Origin: Sphaerodactylus townsendi
Lineage: Eukaryota
DNA length: 64,000 bases
Assembly (NCBI RefSeq): GCF_021028975.2
Contig: NC_059432.1
Span: 46,562,001-46,626,000, forward strand
Reading direction: 5' to 3'
The position numbers and the translations under genes are program-made. Of this stretch, positions 25,378 to 37,855 are shown one piece after another (within the stretch, counting starts at the first letter, position 1; each line of letters opens with the position of its first letter). A model generated the notes under the pieces. The model did no database searches. It had not been told where the DNA came from and saw nothing but the letters and a program-made list of their open reading frames with translations.

Positions 25378-28312
25378 TAGGGTTGGTAAATGTGAAAAAA
25401 ATTCGGCCCCGGTTCGGATTCGGGTCCAGTTCAGATGTATGGGGTCGGATCCCCCCATATCCGAGCCTACCAGGCTCGGATACACCCGAATTTCCGAGAT
25501 TCTCGGGTGCTTTTTATTTTTTTTGCTGTTTTTCCCCATTTTGGCCTGCAGAGGGTGCATTTTAAAAGGTATTGGCTTGAGAATTTCAGGGTATCTTTTG
25601 CATACTGTCCTGATCATGCACCCCAAGTTTGGTGCAGTTTGGTTCAGGGGGGCTCAAGTTATGGACCCTCAAAGATAGCCCCTATATTCCATTGGCTCTC
25701 ATTGGAAACAATGGAATATAGGGGCTATCTTTGAGGGTCAGGCCCAATACCTAAACCAAACTTCTACCAATATACATGATCAAGTATTCAGAAAGATACC
25801 CTGAAAATTTTCAAATAATACTACAAGCACCAAGACACACTTGAATTCTGTGTTTTACATTGAATTTTTTTTCAATTGCTTTCAATGGAAATTCCTGGGG
25901 TGCCTGCAGGGGAGGCGCATTTTTAAAGAATGTCGTCACCAAACTTTCCAGGGGTGTCTTTACAAGACACTGTTTTGATCATACACCCCAAGTTTGGTGC
26001 ATTTTTTTTGGTTTCCAGGGGCCCAAGTTATGGACCCCCAAACAGAATGATCTATTATCACTTACATTGACTATCATTGGAAAACTATGGGTGATAATGG
26101 ATGACCACTGTTATAAGTCAGACCTGAAGCTACAGAAATGAGAGAACATGAAATGTCCTGAAGTACGCCCTGAAAGTTAAGTGTCACTAACTAGAAAAAA
26201 TGTTTTTTTGTAATTTTTTGTTGAACCTCCATGTACAGGAACAGGTGAAACAAAAACTTTTTTTCAGCTAGTGACACACCAAACTTTCAGGGTGTCTTCC
26301 AAGGACACTGTCTTCATCATACCCCCATGTTTGGTGCAGTGTGTGGCTCAGTGGGATCCAGAGTTATGGCCCCAAAGGGGTTACCCCATCCCATTGTTTC
26401 AATGGGACCTAATATAAGATATGGGCTATCCTTTGAGGGTCCATAGCAGGCCCCTGAACCAAACTGCACGCAAACCTGGGGGAAGCTTGTCAGCCAATGT
26501 CCTAAAAGACACCCCTGAGAGAATTTTTCATGTCCAATACCTTTAAAAATGTGTATCCCCCTGCAGGCACCCCAAGTGAATTCCCCCATTGACAGCAATT
26601 AAGAACGCAGAACATAAGAACATAAGAAATAGCCTGCTGCTGGATCAGACCGGAGTCCATCTAGTCCAGCATTCTGCTACTTTCACTTAATAGCCCACCA
26701 GGTGCCTTTGGGAGCTCACATGCAGGATGTAGAAAGCAATGGCCTTCTGCTGCTGCTGCTCCTATGAGCACCCTGGTCTGCTAAGGCATTTGCAATCTGT
26801 GAGATCAAGGAGGATCCAAGATTGGTAGCCATAGATTGACTTCTCCTCCATAAATCTGTCCAAGCCCTTTTTTAAAGCTATCCATGTTAGTGGCCATCAC
26901 CACCTCCTGTGGCAGCATATTCCAAACACCAATCACACGTTGCGTGAAGAAGTGTTTTCCTTTTTGTGAATCCTAATTCTTCCCCCCAGCATTTTTAATG
27001 AATGCCCCCTGGTTCTAGTATTGTGAGATTGGAAAAATTCAATACAAAACACAGAATCTTAGCGAGCAGAATTTCTTGGGGTTACTTACCAGGAGGAGCA
27101 TTTCTAGAGGAATTATCAGCATGAAAATTTCAGGGTATCTTCAGGAGACTTTCCTTATGATACCCCCTGAGTTTTATGCAATTTGGCTTAGGGGGTCCAG
27201 GAGTTATGGACCCCAACAGAGGGTGCCCCCCTATCCCTCATTGTTTCCAATGGGAGCTAAGGAAATGAGGGTCCATAACTCCTGGACCCCCTAAACCAAA
27301 CTGCACAAAACTTGGGGGGGGTATCAGAGGAAAGTCTCCTGAAGATACACTGTAATTTTAATGTCAGCTCTACCTCTAAAAATGCGCCCCACTTATCAGG
27401 CACATTTGCCCAAGATTCTTCATCTGTTATTAACTTTACCACTTTTTTTCAGCAGTAGCAGGCACACCATGCAGCCTGGCCTGCTACTGCTTCATTCATT
27501 CAGATCATTGCCGGAGGAGCAGCTTAGAAGCTCGGCTATGGGTAAGGGGAGGGGATTTCTTTTTGTAGGGAGTGGGTTGGAGGTTTTTTTTTTTTTTTGG
27601 GGGGGGGGTGGATTTCTTTTCCCATGTAAAGTGACTGGGAGGCAGCTGCCAGAGGGCTGGGGGAATGGATTCCGTTTTTCCCATCTTTTTTTTCTTTTAA
27701 ACCGTGTGTGGGTTTGGAGGGAGTTTGGAGGGAAGGTTTTGAATTTTTTGGGGTGAGGGACAGGGTGGGGTGCCACAGCTGAAGTGTGTGTGTGTGTGTG
27801 TGAGTGGAACCCTCCCCCTTATGCCGAGTCCCACATGATCTTTGGCAAGCTGCGGCTGGGAGGCGGCAGCTGGGGATAAGGGGAATCCTTTTTTCCCCTC
27901 TTTTCTTTTGTAGAGGATTTTTTGTTTTGTTTTGTATTGATGATCAGCCTTCTGGCTGGGAGGAATGCGGCTGGGGTGGGGAGTGGCAGGCAGCTATTGG
28001 GCTGCCGCCGGGAGGGTGGGTGGGTTGGTTTTAAACCCCCTCCCCCCCAGCTGAGCTTCGCAATCCTTCTGGCTGGAAGGAAGCAGCCTGTTGCATGCCG
28101 GCTGGGGCTTGGAGGTTCCCCTCCCTCTGCGGCTGTCTCGGAAGAGCTGCCGCTCGCTCGCAAGTTGCGGAAGAGCCCAATCCGAGCCCATGGCGCTCGG
28201 ATTGGGCATAGTTCAGAGGGGTCAGGGTCGGGCCCTTGGCCCTCCGAGCTCCTCCGAACTGGCTCTGCTCGGCTGGATCCTTGGATCGGGCCGAGCCGAA
28301 CCGCCACCTCTA
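25378..28312. mobile_element. 2.9-kb non-autonomous hAT element with internal alternating repeats
   Basis: Termini TAGGGTTGG / CCACCTCTA, subterminal TCGG/CCGA motifs, perfect 8-bp TSD CTGGGTGC (25370-77, 28313-20). Confidence 0.88.
26604..27030 (-). mobile_element. CR1-type LINE 3' end nested in the hAT element
   Basis: (AAGAACAT)n tail at ~26610-26630; homologous to 9190-9476. Confidence 0.85.
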
Positions 28313-28644
28313 CTGGGTGCAATGAGTATACTCCTTGGTAAGCTCCACATGCCTTGTCTTCTTCTGACCTCAGGCTCTCAGCCTGCCTGCCTGATCTCCT
28401 GTCTGTGCCTTGACTGTGGGCTGCCTTGGCCATGCCTTGGCCTTTGCCTGCTGCCTTCTCTGACTCTGGACTGTTTGGGACTATACTTTTGCTGCTACCT
28501 GCCCTGACTCTGGCCGGTCTTTACTACACCTCACTTCCTGTCTGCCTGAACTCTTTTCTAGCCATGCCCTAGCTAGCACCTGACGGCAGCACAGGAAGCT
28601 TCATGCTCCTGGTCTCTCTTGGCTTCTCTGAATTCTGGCTCTTA

Positions 28645-28795
28645 GGCCGCTTCCACACATGCAGAATAATGCACTTTCAATCCACTTTCAATGCACTTTG
28701 CAGCTGGATTTTTCTGTACAAAATAGCAAAATCCACTTGCAAACAGTTGTGAAAGTGGATTGAAAGTGGATTATTCTGCATGTGCGGAAGAAGCC
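28645..28795. mobile_element. 151-bp palindromic Harbinger-like MITE
   Basis: GGCCGCTTCCACACATGCAGAATAAT...ATTATTCTGCATGTGCGGAAGAAGCC; flanks TTA/TCA; same family as 30947 and 52819. Confidence 0.85.
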
Positions 28796-28825
28796 TCAGC
28801 CTGCCTGTCTGGACCTCCTGCCTGT

Positions 28826-29020
28826 GGACTGTCTGACTACATCTTTGCTTGCTACCTGCCTCAACCTTGGACTGTCTGACCATGCCTTTGCTTGCTACCT
28901 GCCTTGACTCATGGACTGTCTGAACTCCATCTTTGCCTGCTGTTGTCCTCAACCTTAGACTGTCTGACTACATCTTTGCCTGCTATCTGCTTTGACATTG
29001 GAATTGCCTGACCACACCTT
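28826..29020. repeat. ~43-bp minisatellite, ~4.5 units
   Basis: Repeated GGACTGTCTGACYACATCTTTGCYTGCT...CCTCAACCTT units. Confidence 0.8.
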
Positions 29021-29868
29021 AGTTTGCATCTGCCAGCAGCACAGTGTGCTGGTGCAATGCCAGTGCACTGACATCACTTCCAGTAAAAACCAGAAGTAAT
29101 ATTATGGATGCTCTAGAAATTACAAAGACTCTGTGATTAAATCATAGAGTTTGTATAAATTCTATAGCATGTAATGCATTTTTATCTGAAGTGACATCAG
29201 TGCACCAGCTCTCGCTGTCAATTCTCCTGCATGATGGCTGGCTATAGTGTGGCAACCCTAACTGTATACCTTTCTCAACTCTGTACTGTTTTGTTTCATT
29301 TCTTCATCCGGGATACAGATTTTTAGTTTACTGGAATCAGTGATAATTCTTTTAAAATAACAGATTTCAATATAAAGCACAAATACAATGATGAAATCAC
29401 ATAGGTAAAATATTTTCAAGTACAAAAAGAGTAGAAAAATCACTAAGTAGATGTTGATTTATGATTTAGACATATTCTGAACTATTGATGGGCTTGACAA
29501 ACAAAACAATCGATTGGAAATTCAGCTTGTGTTAATTCAATATATGAAGTAACAAATGTGATGCTTACAAGTGCCTGGAAAAACTTTAAATGCCATATAA
29601 CCTCCAAAATACAATGCATTTAACTAGAAAAGTCATCTTTAGGCAAAATTAGTTGGGGCCAGAAAAGACAGTATAGAGGATTAAAGATTGCTGGATACAA
29701 CTATAAACCACCTAGCCCACTTAAGGATCACATTAATGCATATTAATGCAAGGGAAACAAACCAAATAATATTAAACTGTATTTTAATTTTTAAAATTGC
29801 ATTACACATTAGTTTTAGAGGATAACCATGTTGGTTTGCAATAGACTAGAAACTCATGTGTAATAGAT

Positions 29869-30200
29869 TAGGGTTGCCATACCCCTGTCAAAAGTGGGAC
29901 ATCTCCCACTTTGGGCCCCCTCTCCTGGTGCCATTCAGTTGGCCAGCATTATGACATCACTTCTAGAAATGATGTCATTTCACAGGCAATGACAGGAGAG
30001 ACACCCTTGTATTTGGGCAAAAACTCTATGGTAAAAATAGCTTCTGTCACAGAGGTTCTACCCAAATGCCACAGTGTCTTGACATGATGATGCCAGTTCC
30101 ATGAGTAACATCATCACACAAGACCTACCTAGACCTCATTTTAAGCCTGGTATGATCAAAACCTTCCCCAGCCATGGCCAGGGAGAACCTGGCAACCTTA
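29869..30200. mobile_element. Old TAGGGTTGCC-ended MITE (hAT-like)
   Basis: TAGGGTTGCCA...TGGCAACCTTA; related ends at ~1450, ~29255 and 33280-33426; no TSD retained. Confidence 0.6.
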
Positions 30201-30946
30201 ATTTTGGAAATGTCATATATGTGGCACGTTGTGTACAGTAATCAGCTTTGTGGGATTTAACAATGATTAACTCCATGTTTCTAACTGCTGCTCCATACAC
30301 AATGTGATGTGTCTTTAAACTAGAGATAAGTATGCTGCAGGCTTGCCGTTCTGCTTTTAATCCCTCTTCTTTCTGGTATGACTTTCCCTGCTAACATTAA
30401 CCATTGTTAAGATTTATGTCAGCATTATCTTTGCCATGAGGCCAAACTAGACATGACTGTGTTCTCATACATGCCACAAGGCTATTGCAATTTAAAATGT
30501 ACAATGGGCCATTTAAAAATGCTACAATGGCCAGATCCTGATTGGACCCACAGTGGGACAAGACAAAGTACTTTCTCTCTCCACATTTTCAAGTGCCAAA
30601 ATGGCTGTAGGAGGGATAACTCTTTTGGGTTTTGAAAGTACAGTTTGTCAAGTGGGGTAAGTTTAAAGTTCCACAGAAACAATACAAGATACTTGAAAAA
30701 CAGTCTTTTATTCCCTCCTCATTCCCATTCTGATTCATAGCATAGATTTATTTGCACCACTCTTTATGATAAAATTGATTGTTTTTTCCCATTGTGATCA
30801 CTTCTGCTGTTCTAACTCATTACTATTCCCAATTTTACCAGCAACAGAGACTTGCATCCCTATAAATAAATGAAGGGAAATCTTACTAGGAAATCTTAAG
30901 GGAAAGGAGTGTGTGTGTGTGTGGGGGGGGGGGGGGAAGAATCAAG

Positions 30947-31087
30947 GGCTCATTCCACACATGCAGAATAATGCACTTTCAAACTGCTTTCAGTGCTCTT
31001 TGAAGCTGTGCGGAATAGCAAAATCCATTTGCAAACAGTTGTGAAAGTGGTTTGAAAATGCATTATTTTGCGTGTGCGGAAGGGGCC
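30947..31087. mobile_element. 141-bp palindromic Harbinger-like MITE
   Basis: GGCTCATTCCACACA...TGTGCGGAAGGGGCC; flanks AAG/AAA. Confidence 0.85.
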
Positions 31088-32384
31088 AAAGCTTGGTATA
31101 AATTGTTGCCATGCAGTTTGTTTTATTATCTCTTACTTCCATGGCCTTTGTCTGCACTGATTTGGAACCTGAATCTCTGCCCTTACTGCAGCTAGTAATG
31201 GCAAATAGGAATTACGAGTCTCCAAAGTGCTGCTAGACTTTTAATACAATTATTTAATGGAAGGTGGCCCCCGAAAGCCCTCACACTTTGGCAACTGCCC
31301 TGCCTTGCTGAATACTGGTGCAGGAGGGACTCCAGAGGAGAGGGCGGGGGATCCATGCATGATCTCGCAGCCTGTACCTGATCCCAGGACCATTGTTAAG
31401 GCACTAGCCCAAAGCTGGCACTAACTATATATTTGAAATTCACAATACAATACTAAACAGAGTTGCATCCTTCCAATCCCATTGACTTCAATTGACCTAG
31501 AAAGGTGTAACTCTGCATAGGATGGCACTGTTATTGTTTCAGAATATTTTTAAAGAGCAGACATGGTTAAACTCTTGGGAAGTTATTCATCCTCTTCCTG
31601 TTCTGAAGCAGATATTTCACTCAGTGCATAGGTGCCTTTCAGATCTTAGAAGGCTGGCTGTCATGTATTCACTCAGATGAAACTGCAGGAGCTCTGAGGG
31701 GAATCTATGGTTTGTGCTTCTTTTCGATTCTGTCTGCTTGATTTTTCTCCATGTTTTTGGCACTTGTTTAGTTTTTGAACCTGTTAACTCAGCATGGATT
31801 TTATGCAGCTGGTAATATTATCATAGCCAGTTTCACAAAATAACTGTTCAGTGGCAGTAAATTTGCTTGTACTTGTTCTCCTTCCAGTGTCCTGGGATCA
31901 GATAGTTGAGGCTTGCAGTAGGAAGATGTGATTCCCCTCAATATCCTTAAGGTCAGTACCTGTTTTTTCTTGCCGTCTAAGAGGGCAATCCTAACTAGAG
32001 TTGCCCCCTTCTAAATCTGTTGACTTCGACCAAGGGGTGTTAATCTGCTCAGCAACACACTGTTGTGCTTTGAGAAGTACTCTATATCTGTGTTTGTGGC
32101 AATTGTTGGAAGTGCAGTGCTGATAGTCCATGTGATAGCTGTGAGTTGCTTTGTTTGTTACAGTGAGAGTATGGAGCATCAGCCCTGGGGGAAGCTGCTT
32201 TGGTGATCACTTCATGACAATTATAACATACACCTGTGGTGGTGAACCTATGGCACTCCAGATGTTCATGAACTACAATTCCCATCAGCCCCTGCCAGCA
32301 TGGCCAATTTCCATCTTGTCATATTGTTTCTGCAGTGGAAGATGACTGCTATTGGAGCTCATATAAAATGGGGTTCATCTTGTG

Positions 32385-32570
32385 CAGTGGTTCTCAACCT
32401 GTAGGTCGGGACCCCTTTGGGGGTCGAACGACCCTTTCACAGGGGTTGCCTAAGACTCTCTGCATCAGTGTTCTCCATCTGTAAAATGGGTAAATGTTAG
32501 GGTTGGGGGTCACCACAGCATGAGGAACTGTATTAAAGGGTCGCGGCATTAGGAAAGTTGAGAACCACTG
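32385..32570. mobile_element. SPIN (Space Invader)/URR1-type hAT MITE
   Basis: TIR CAGTGGTTCTCAAC, perfect TSD ATCTTGTG; internal gacccctttgggggtcgaacgaccctttcacagggg and tattaaagggtcgcggcattagg recalled from URR1/SPIN. Confidence 0.85.
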
Positions 32571-33807
32571 ATCTTGTGAGAGCTGGACTGCAACATGTGC
32601 AGCTGAAAGAATATTTGACATGTACGGTGTTATGTAGCCTGCAGTGATATACAGAAGACAGGCAATAAGAGTGTTCAATGCATGCAGGTTTTAGTGACAA
32701 AATAATTGACAATGGAGAAGCGAAGTCATCTAACTACCCATTGCCATTGTTGTATGTGGGGAAGTAGACAGTTTGTCGTAAACAACAAAAGCAGAACAGA
32801 TATATTTTACTCTAGGAAAATTGGCTGAAACATTTAGGAATATATTAAAGAAAGCAACAATTTGGATTCTTCATATTTGAAAGGGGTTATCTTAACCAAT
32901 GGGCAACCAGGGAAGCTGACTTGGGCTCCATGCTGGAGGTGTCTCCCAGCCAACCACAGCCATAGTCCAACCCCCCCCCCCCTACAATGAACCATAGCTG
33001 CTGCCACTCATTCATACCACATTTTGGGCTCGGGTAGCTAACTTCCAGTGGAAATTTCCACTACCCTTTCACTGCTTGGGGCTGTGATTCTGGGATTCCA
33101 TTCTGGCCCAGGAATCACTAAGGCCCATGATGTATATGATAGTTCTCTGACACAGTTCCTTTATTACATTATGACTTATTAACATATTTTACTTACACTG
33201 GCCGTAATACAACCAAAATAAAGCACTTTCTCAATTTTGTTCATTAGGCTAAGCAAATTTTAGCCTCTTCCATGGCACTTAGGGTTGCGACTCCCCAGGT
33301 AGGGTCTGGAGAATTGTAGCCTTAGAGGGTAGACTTTATGGCATCGTGCCCAACTGAGGCCCCTCCCCTACCTAGGCTCCACCCCCAAATCACCAGGAAT
33401 TTCCCAACCTGGAGTTGGCCACTCTATCGGTGGGACTTGATAACACTTAACTTTGACTGAATTGTGCCCTCTTCTATGATCAAATGGCTCAGAGATGTAA
33501 AATATCTTAATCTCATTTTAAATCCTCAAAACCCCATTTATACCTAGACTAGGACTGGCTCCAGGCTTTCGTGTGGCTTCAGGCAAGTTGCCCTCATTTA
33601 TCTCTTTCCTCAAGTAGGCTCTTCCTACTAGCAGTAGTAACTCTTCTTTTGTGCTGCTGCCAATGCTGCCACTCCATTGTTCTCCCTGACATAATGGGAT
33701 ATGAGTAAACAAGTGGGTGGCAATGGTGAGGAGAAGGAGGAGCAACAGCAACTACCACATTCACTTGCCTTCTCCCAGAGGTGGGGAGAAGTGGGGATTG
33801 AGTCACA

Positions 33808-33995
33808 GGGGTACTATGATTCAGTGGCAGGGCATCTGCTTGGCATGCAAAATATCCAAGGTTCAATTCCTGAAACTGTCTGTTAAAGATTCTAACTGTA
33901 GATGATGTGAAAGTTTTCTGCTTATGATCCTGGAGACCTGCTAACAGTTTAGTAGGCAATACTGACTTAGACAGACCACTGGGTCTTATTCAGCT
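33808..33995 (+). mobile_element. tRNA(Ala-like)-derived SINE
   Basis: gattcagtggcagggcatctgcttggcatgc...ggttcaattcc (A and B boxes), followed by a gtaggcaatactgac tail similar to ~6185-6240. Confidence 0.7.
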
Positions 33996-34160
33996 TCATA
34001 TGAACCCAGCAGGAGAGGGCAGGTGATTGATCAGGTTGCTTCCAGCTGTTCTTCGCTCATTCACCCAGGGAGTCAGAGAACAAGAAGGTAGCAATAAAGA
34101 AGAGCAGCCATCACCTCCTGCTTGCTTGCTTGCTTTCTTAGCCACTGCCTCTGGAGAAGG

Positions 34161-34706
34161 TGTAACCCCCATGCCCAGAATGGGTTGGCCCAGAATGGGT
34201 TGACCCAGTAAGGGGTGGAGACTCGGAGCAGCAGAGAGGCTGAAAGAGCTCTTTTGCAGAAGAACAAGGCTACCAGACTCGGACCTTGATTTCTATAAGC
34301 CCTTAACACCTTGTTAAGGTAATTTCAATATTGTTGGGAACTACTGGGAAGGTAGTTGTTGTTTTGCTGTGTTGTAAATGTTGGAGTTTATTGTTTCAGA
34401 GTTTTCTTTTGTGGTTGTAATGGGTGAGAGTTCTCCTGGAGACCTTCATCATGTTGCAACCTGTTCATCAAGCCCTTGGAGTCTTCAGGAGCCAGCCAAC
34501 TTGCAAAGAAGATTTGGACTTGGCAATATCAGTAGACTGTAAATAGAAGGACTTGAAACGCAACCTGAACAGGACCTTGAATTGTAACGTTAAATATTGA
34601 TGTTATATGTTATATGTAAAGAAAAGTACACCATTTTGTTGTTTAAAAATTGTTGTTGCAACTCATTCCAAGTACTGCCCCACAGAACCCACAGAAGGAG
34701 GTTACA
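34161..34706 (+). mobile_element. Solo LTR (546 bp, Gypsy-like)
   Basis: Perfect TGTAACC / GGTTACA termini; 4-bp TSD AAGG; TATAA ~34295. Confidence 0.88.
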
Positions 34707-35320
34707 AAGGCAGTGGAAAAGAGTAGAGCTGAATGAGCTTATTTGAGGGAGTGGGCTGGCAAGCTAGTGAAAATGGCAGTGAGCAACAGCGATGGGGTTA
34801 CTTAATCTGCAGATGTTTAGGAACTAGGACTGATTGCATTATTCTTCCCTGTTTACCTATGGATCTTTCCTGTATTCTAATGGATGGTTGTTCAGATTTT
34901 TGCAACATCATATATGGCAACTGTTTTTACCTCCAGATAATATTTCCAAATGGTAATTGGTTAAATGAGAAGAAATCTTTTCCTTATTAAAGTCTGGCAA
35001 GGCTTGTTGGCCAGATTGGATGCCTCCAGAACTTTTAAAAACATACTGTGAGTGGCAGGCTACAATTTTACAGTGCTTATTTACTGTGATAGATTCAACC
35101 ATCAAAATTCCTAAAAAATGACAAGAATATTTTTTTGTTCCAATATATAAGAAATGTTCTCCTTATTCTCCGGCCAACTGTAGTCTGATCAGTCTGTTAT
35201 ATTGATGCCAAGAAAGCTGTATGGAGCCCATCTACAACTAAAACTTCATAGTTGGAGATACAAATCCAGAACAAACTGGCTTTAAAAAGATACATCTACA
35301 TTACATCATGCATATGTGCT

Positions 35321-37356
35321 CAGCAGTGTAGCAAGGGAGGTGCAAAGGGGTTGGAGGAGTCACTTGGGCAGGTCATAAGGGGGGGGGGTGTTGCCAAGCT
35401 GCTTCCTGCATCACAACCCTACTTGAACTCCATGTGAAGTTTGGGAGCAGGGCCACAGTTGAACTCAGCCAGCTCAAACTCCATGTTCTGTGCTGAGTTT
35501 TGCCTGGCAGGTCCTTCTTTAAACTGCAGCTTCAAGCCTGCAGTTTAAAGCTTGACCCAAGCCACACTGAGCACGGGATCTAACTGAGCAGTCAACTGAC
35601 TGACTCCAGCTTTATACTGTGGGTTCTGCTCATCCAAACTCCACCTGACCGGTGAGGCTTCCAATTAATACATCTTGGGCCTAACAGCGGAAGCAGTTTT
35701 AGTGATTCCTGGGCTAGGATGAAACCCCAGAGTCACTGTCTCTCCTAGGGCCCAGCAAAGGGTGGCCCTTGATCTGTGCAAGGCTGTAGAAACATTTTCT
35801 GGAAGGCAGCTGCATGAGCCCAAAATGTGATATGTATGAGTGGCAGCGGCTGTGGGACCCTGCTCGTTATTGGACTGACCAGACGTGGAGCTTGAGAAAT
35901 GGAGCCAACCAAATAGAGCTGGAGCCGGTCAGCCCAACAACTTAGTTTAATCCTGGGCTCTGTGTGGCTTGAGTCTGCCGTTTAAGGTTGGACCCGGCCA
36001 AGCCAAGCTCAGTATTGAACAGGCCCATGTTACTGGCCTAACAGGAGTAAGGGTTTTATTAAAGGGATTCTCCACCAGCTGCTAAAAGTGTAACAGCACA
36101 CATAGGGTTTTAAAAGTAGCAAAGGGGAATGAGCTCTCACGTTGGCAGCAAGAGGGGCCAAGAGGAGTTCTTTTAGACTGTATAATATGGGGAAGGAATT
36201 CTGGCAAAGAATATTCCACAGAGAAGCAAGAGTCCAAATTGAGTTTAAAAGTTTTATATAAATTTGTTCAAAAATATACACATACAGTAAGACGTAAGGG
36301 CACATACAGTCAAGTTTCCTAGGATATAAGCAGGTTTGAAAGATAGATTGGATGATATATGGAATAAAGCCATGTGGGGTACCACGCTACTCAACGATTC
36401 TTAGAAGGGTAGAAGGCAGGGATTCCATGCCAGCACAGAAACCCAATGAAGGATGAATTCATGTCTCAACACCAACAAGAACATGCGGCAATGAGCAAAC
36501 TGTTGCAGGTGAACTAAACTTTTATAAGGTGGGTCGTTCCTTGGTGGGAAAGGAACCAATCACACTAAGTTTCACATCTGTGCTGGGTTTGGGGGTGCTG
36601 AGGTAATTAGTCAGCTCATCTACTGCTAAACCCGGGACAATGGGGCCAAAATTGCTTTGTTAAGCTAAACGAGGAACGCTGAAAGGCTTCCATGCAAATT
36701 AACTCTTGAGAAATACCGCCCATGATATTCAGATTTGACAGAGACATACAGATCAGGACAAGGTAAGCGGTTTTCATTACAGCGGGGAAGGAAATGCAAA
36801 GGAACAACTATTTGTTGCTGACTTGGGTTCCCAGAAGAGATAGGGAAATGACAGTATCTGATAGCAAGTTGGCTTTCCATATTCTTTGTCTTTAACAGTA
36901 TCTTTGCAAGGTGAGGTAATCAAGCTCATGCCCACAAACAAAATGAGACCTCCAGGTTATGCAGGAGTAACTCATCCTCTTGATTAGATTTTGTAAAGCA
37001 GACCTGTGACCTTTGGACATGCTGCTACCTGCATAGAGAAGTGTATGACAACTGGCTTCTGCCAATATGATTTTAAAGCAGAAATATATATAAATAATAT
37101 TCTGGGGGTCCTTTGGGTCGTTACACCCACCCCACTTCAAACTCCATGTGGAAGCAAGTTCGTGTTGACTGACTTATTTATTTATTTATTTATTGGTTAG
37201 GTTTATATACCGCCCTCCCCCGGAGGGCTCAGCATTCAACTGCACCCCTGCTCCTGAACTCCACATGTAGTTAGGGTCAGGATACAGTTGGGAATGGCTG
37301 GCTGGCAATGCAAATCTGCCTAAGTGGTACCCAGGGCAGGGCAAGCCAAGCCACTG
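35321..37356. mobile_element. Old hAT-like element hosting a solo LTR
   Basis: CAGCAGTGTAGC...GCCACTG ends; similar gaactcca motifs on both sides of the LTR; TSD only partial. Confidence 0.4.
36028..37125 (-). mobile_element. Solo LTR (1098 bp)
   Basis: TGTTAC...GTTACA termini, 4-bp TSD CCCA (36024-27, 37126-29); minus-strand AATAAA (ttttatt ~36054-60) near the 3' end. Confidence 0.85.
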
Positions 37357-37390
37357 TGCTTGCTCTGGCACCATTTTAGGCAGTAATGCC

Positions 37391-37855
37391 CAGTGGGGGG
37401 ATCCAATTTTTTTTGTAACAGGTTCCCATGGTGGTGGGATTCAAACAGTGGCGTAGCACCAATGGGGCTGGGCGTGGCATGACGGAGGCGTGGCCGGGCA
37501 TTCCAGGGAGGGGCATTAATAATTTCTCTGTTACTGTAAAAAACTCTTACTGTAAAAAAAGTTCCTAATTTCCAGCTGGTATCTTTCTGTCCATAATTTA
37601 AACTCATTAAAGCAAGTCCTATCGTCTACTGCCAACAGAAACAGCTACTTCTCCTCTAATTGACTGCCTGTCAAATACTTAATACTTTCAAATACTTAAT
37701 TTTGTTTCTAGAAATCAAAAGGATACTTTCCTTAAACAAGGAACTTTACCATATTTCTAAAACATGTTTTTAAAACAGCCCAACAGGGAGAATCTTCCCA
37801 TTTTCTACCTTCGCTAACCAGCCACATAGGAAACAACAGGACTTTATGATTTTTC
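37391..37855. mobile_element. Truncated hAT MITE (family of 56398-56808)
   Basis: cagtgggggga tcc...gtaacaggttcccatggtggtgggattcaaac is the reverse complement of ~56750-56808. Confidence 0.7.

Larger units (their letters stand above)
25003..28585 (+). mobile_element. LTR-like element B (own sequence 25003-25377 and 28313-28585)
   Basis: TGTCA...TGACG termini, TATATT at ~25339, sequence continuous across the hAT TSD; own TSD imperfect. Confidence 0.55.
24426..29043 (+). mobile_element. LTR-like element A (outer host of nested insertions; own sequence ~24426-24722, 24963-25002, 28586-29043)
   Basis: Starts TGT-ATG...cagtccct like element B; 3' part has the same ctgcct/gact repeats as B; ends ...GCACA; TSD not clean. 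Confidence 0.5.

Noticed and set aside
27819-28507. Overlapping 138-204 aa ORFs
   Set aside because: They lie in the GC-rich subterminal region of the hAT element and cross its boundary; no transposase motifs.
28826-29020. CRISPR-like array
   Set aside because: Eukaryotic minisatellite with contiguous degenerate units, no unique spacers and no cas genes.
33808-33875. tRNA-Ala gene
   Set aside because: Acceptor stem does not pair and the sequence continues into a SINE body.
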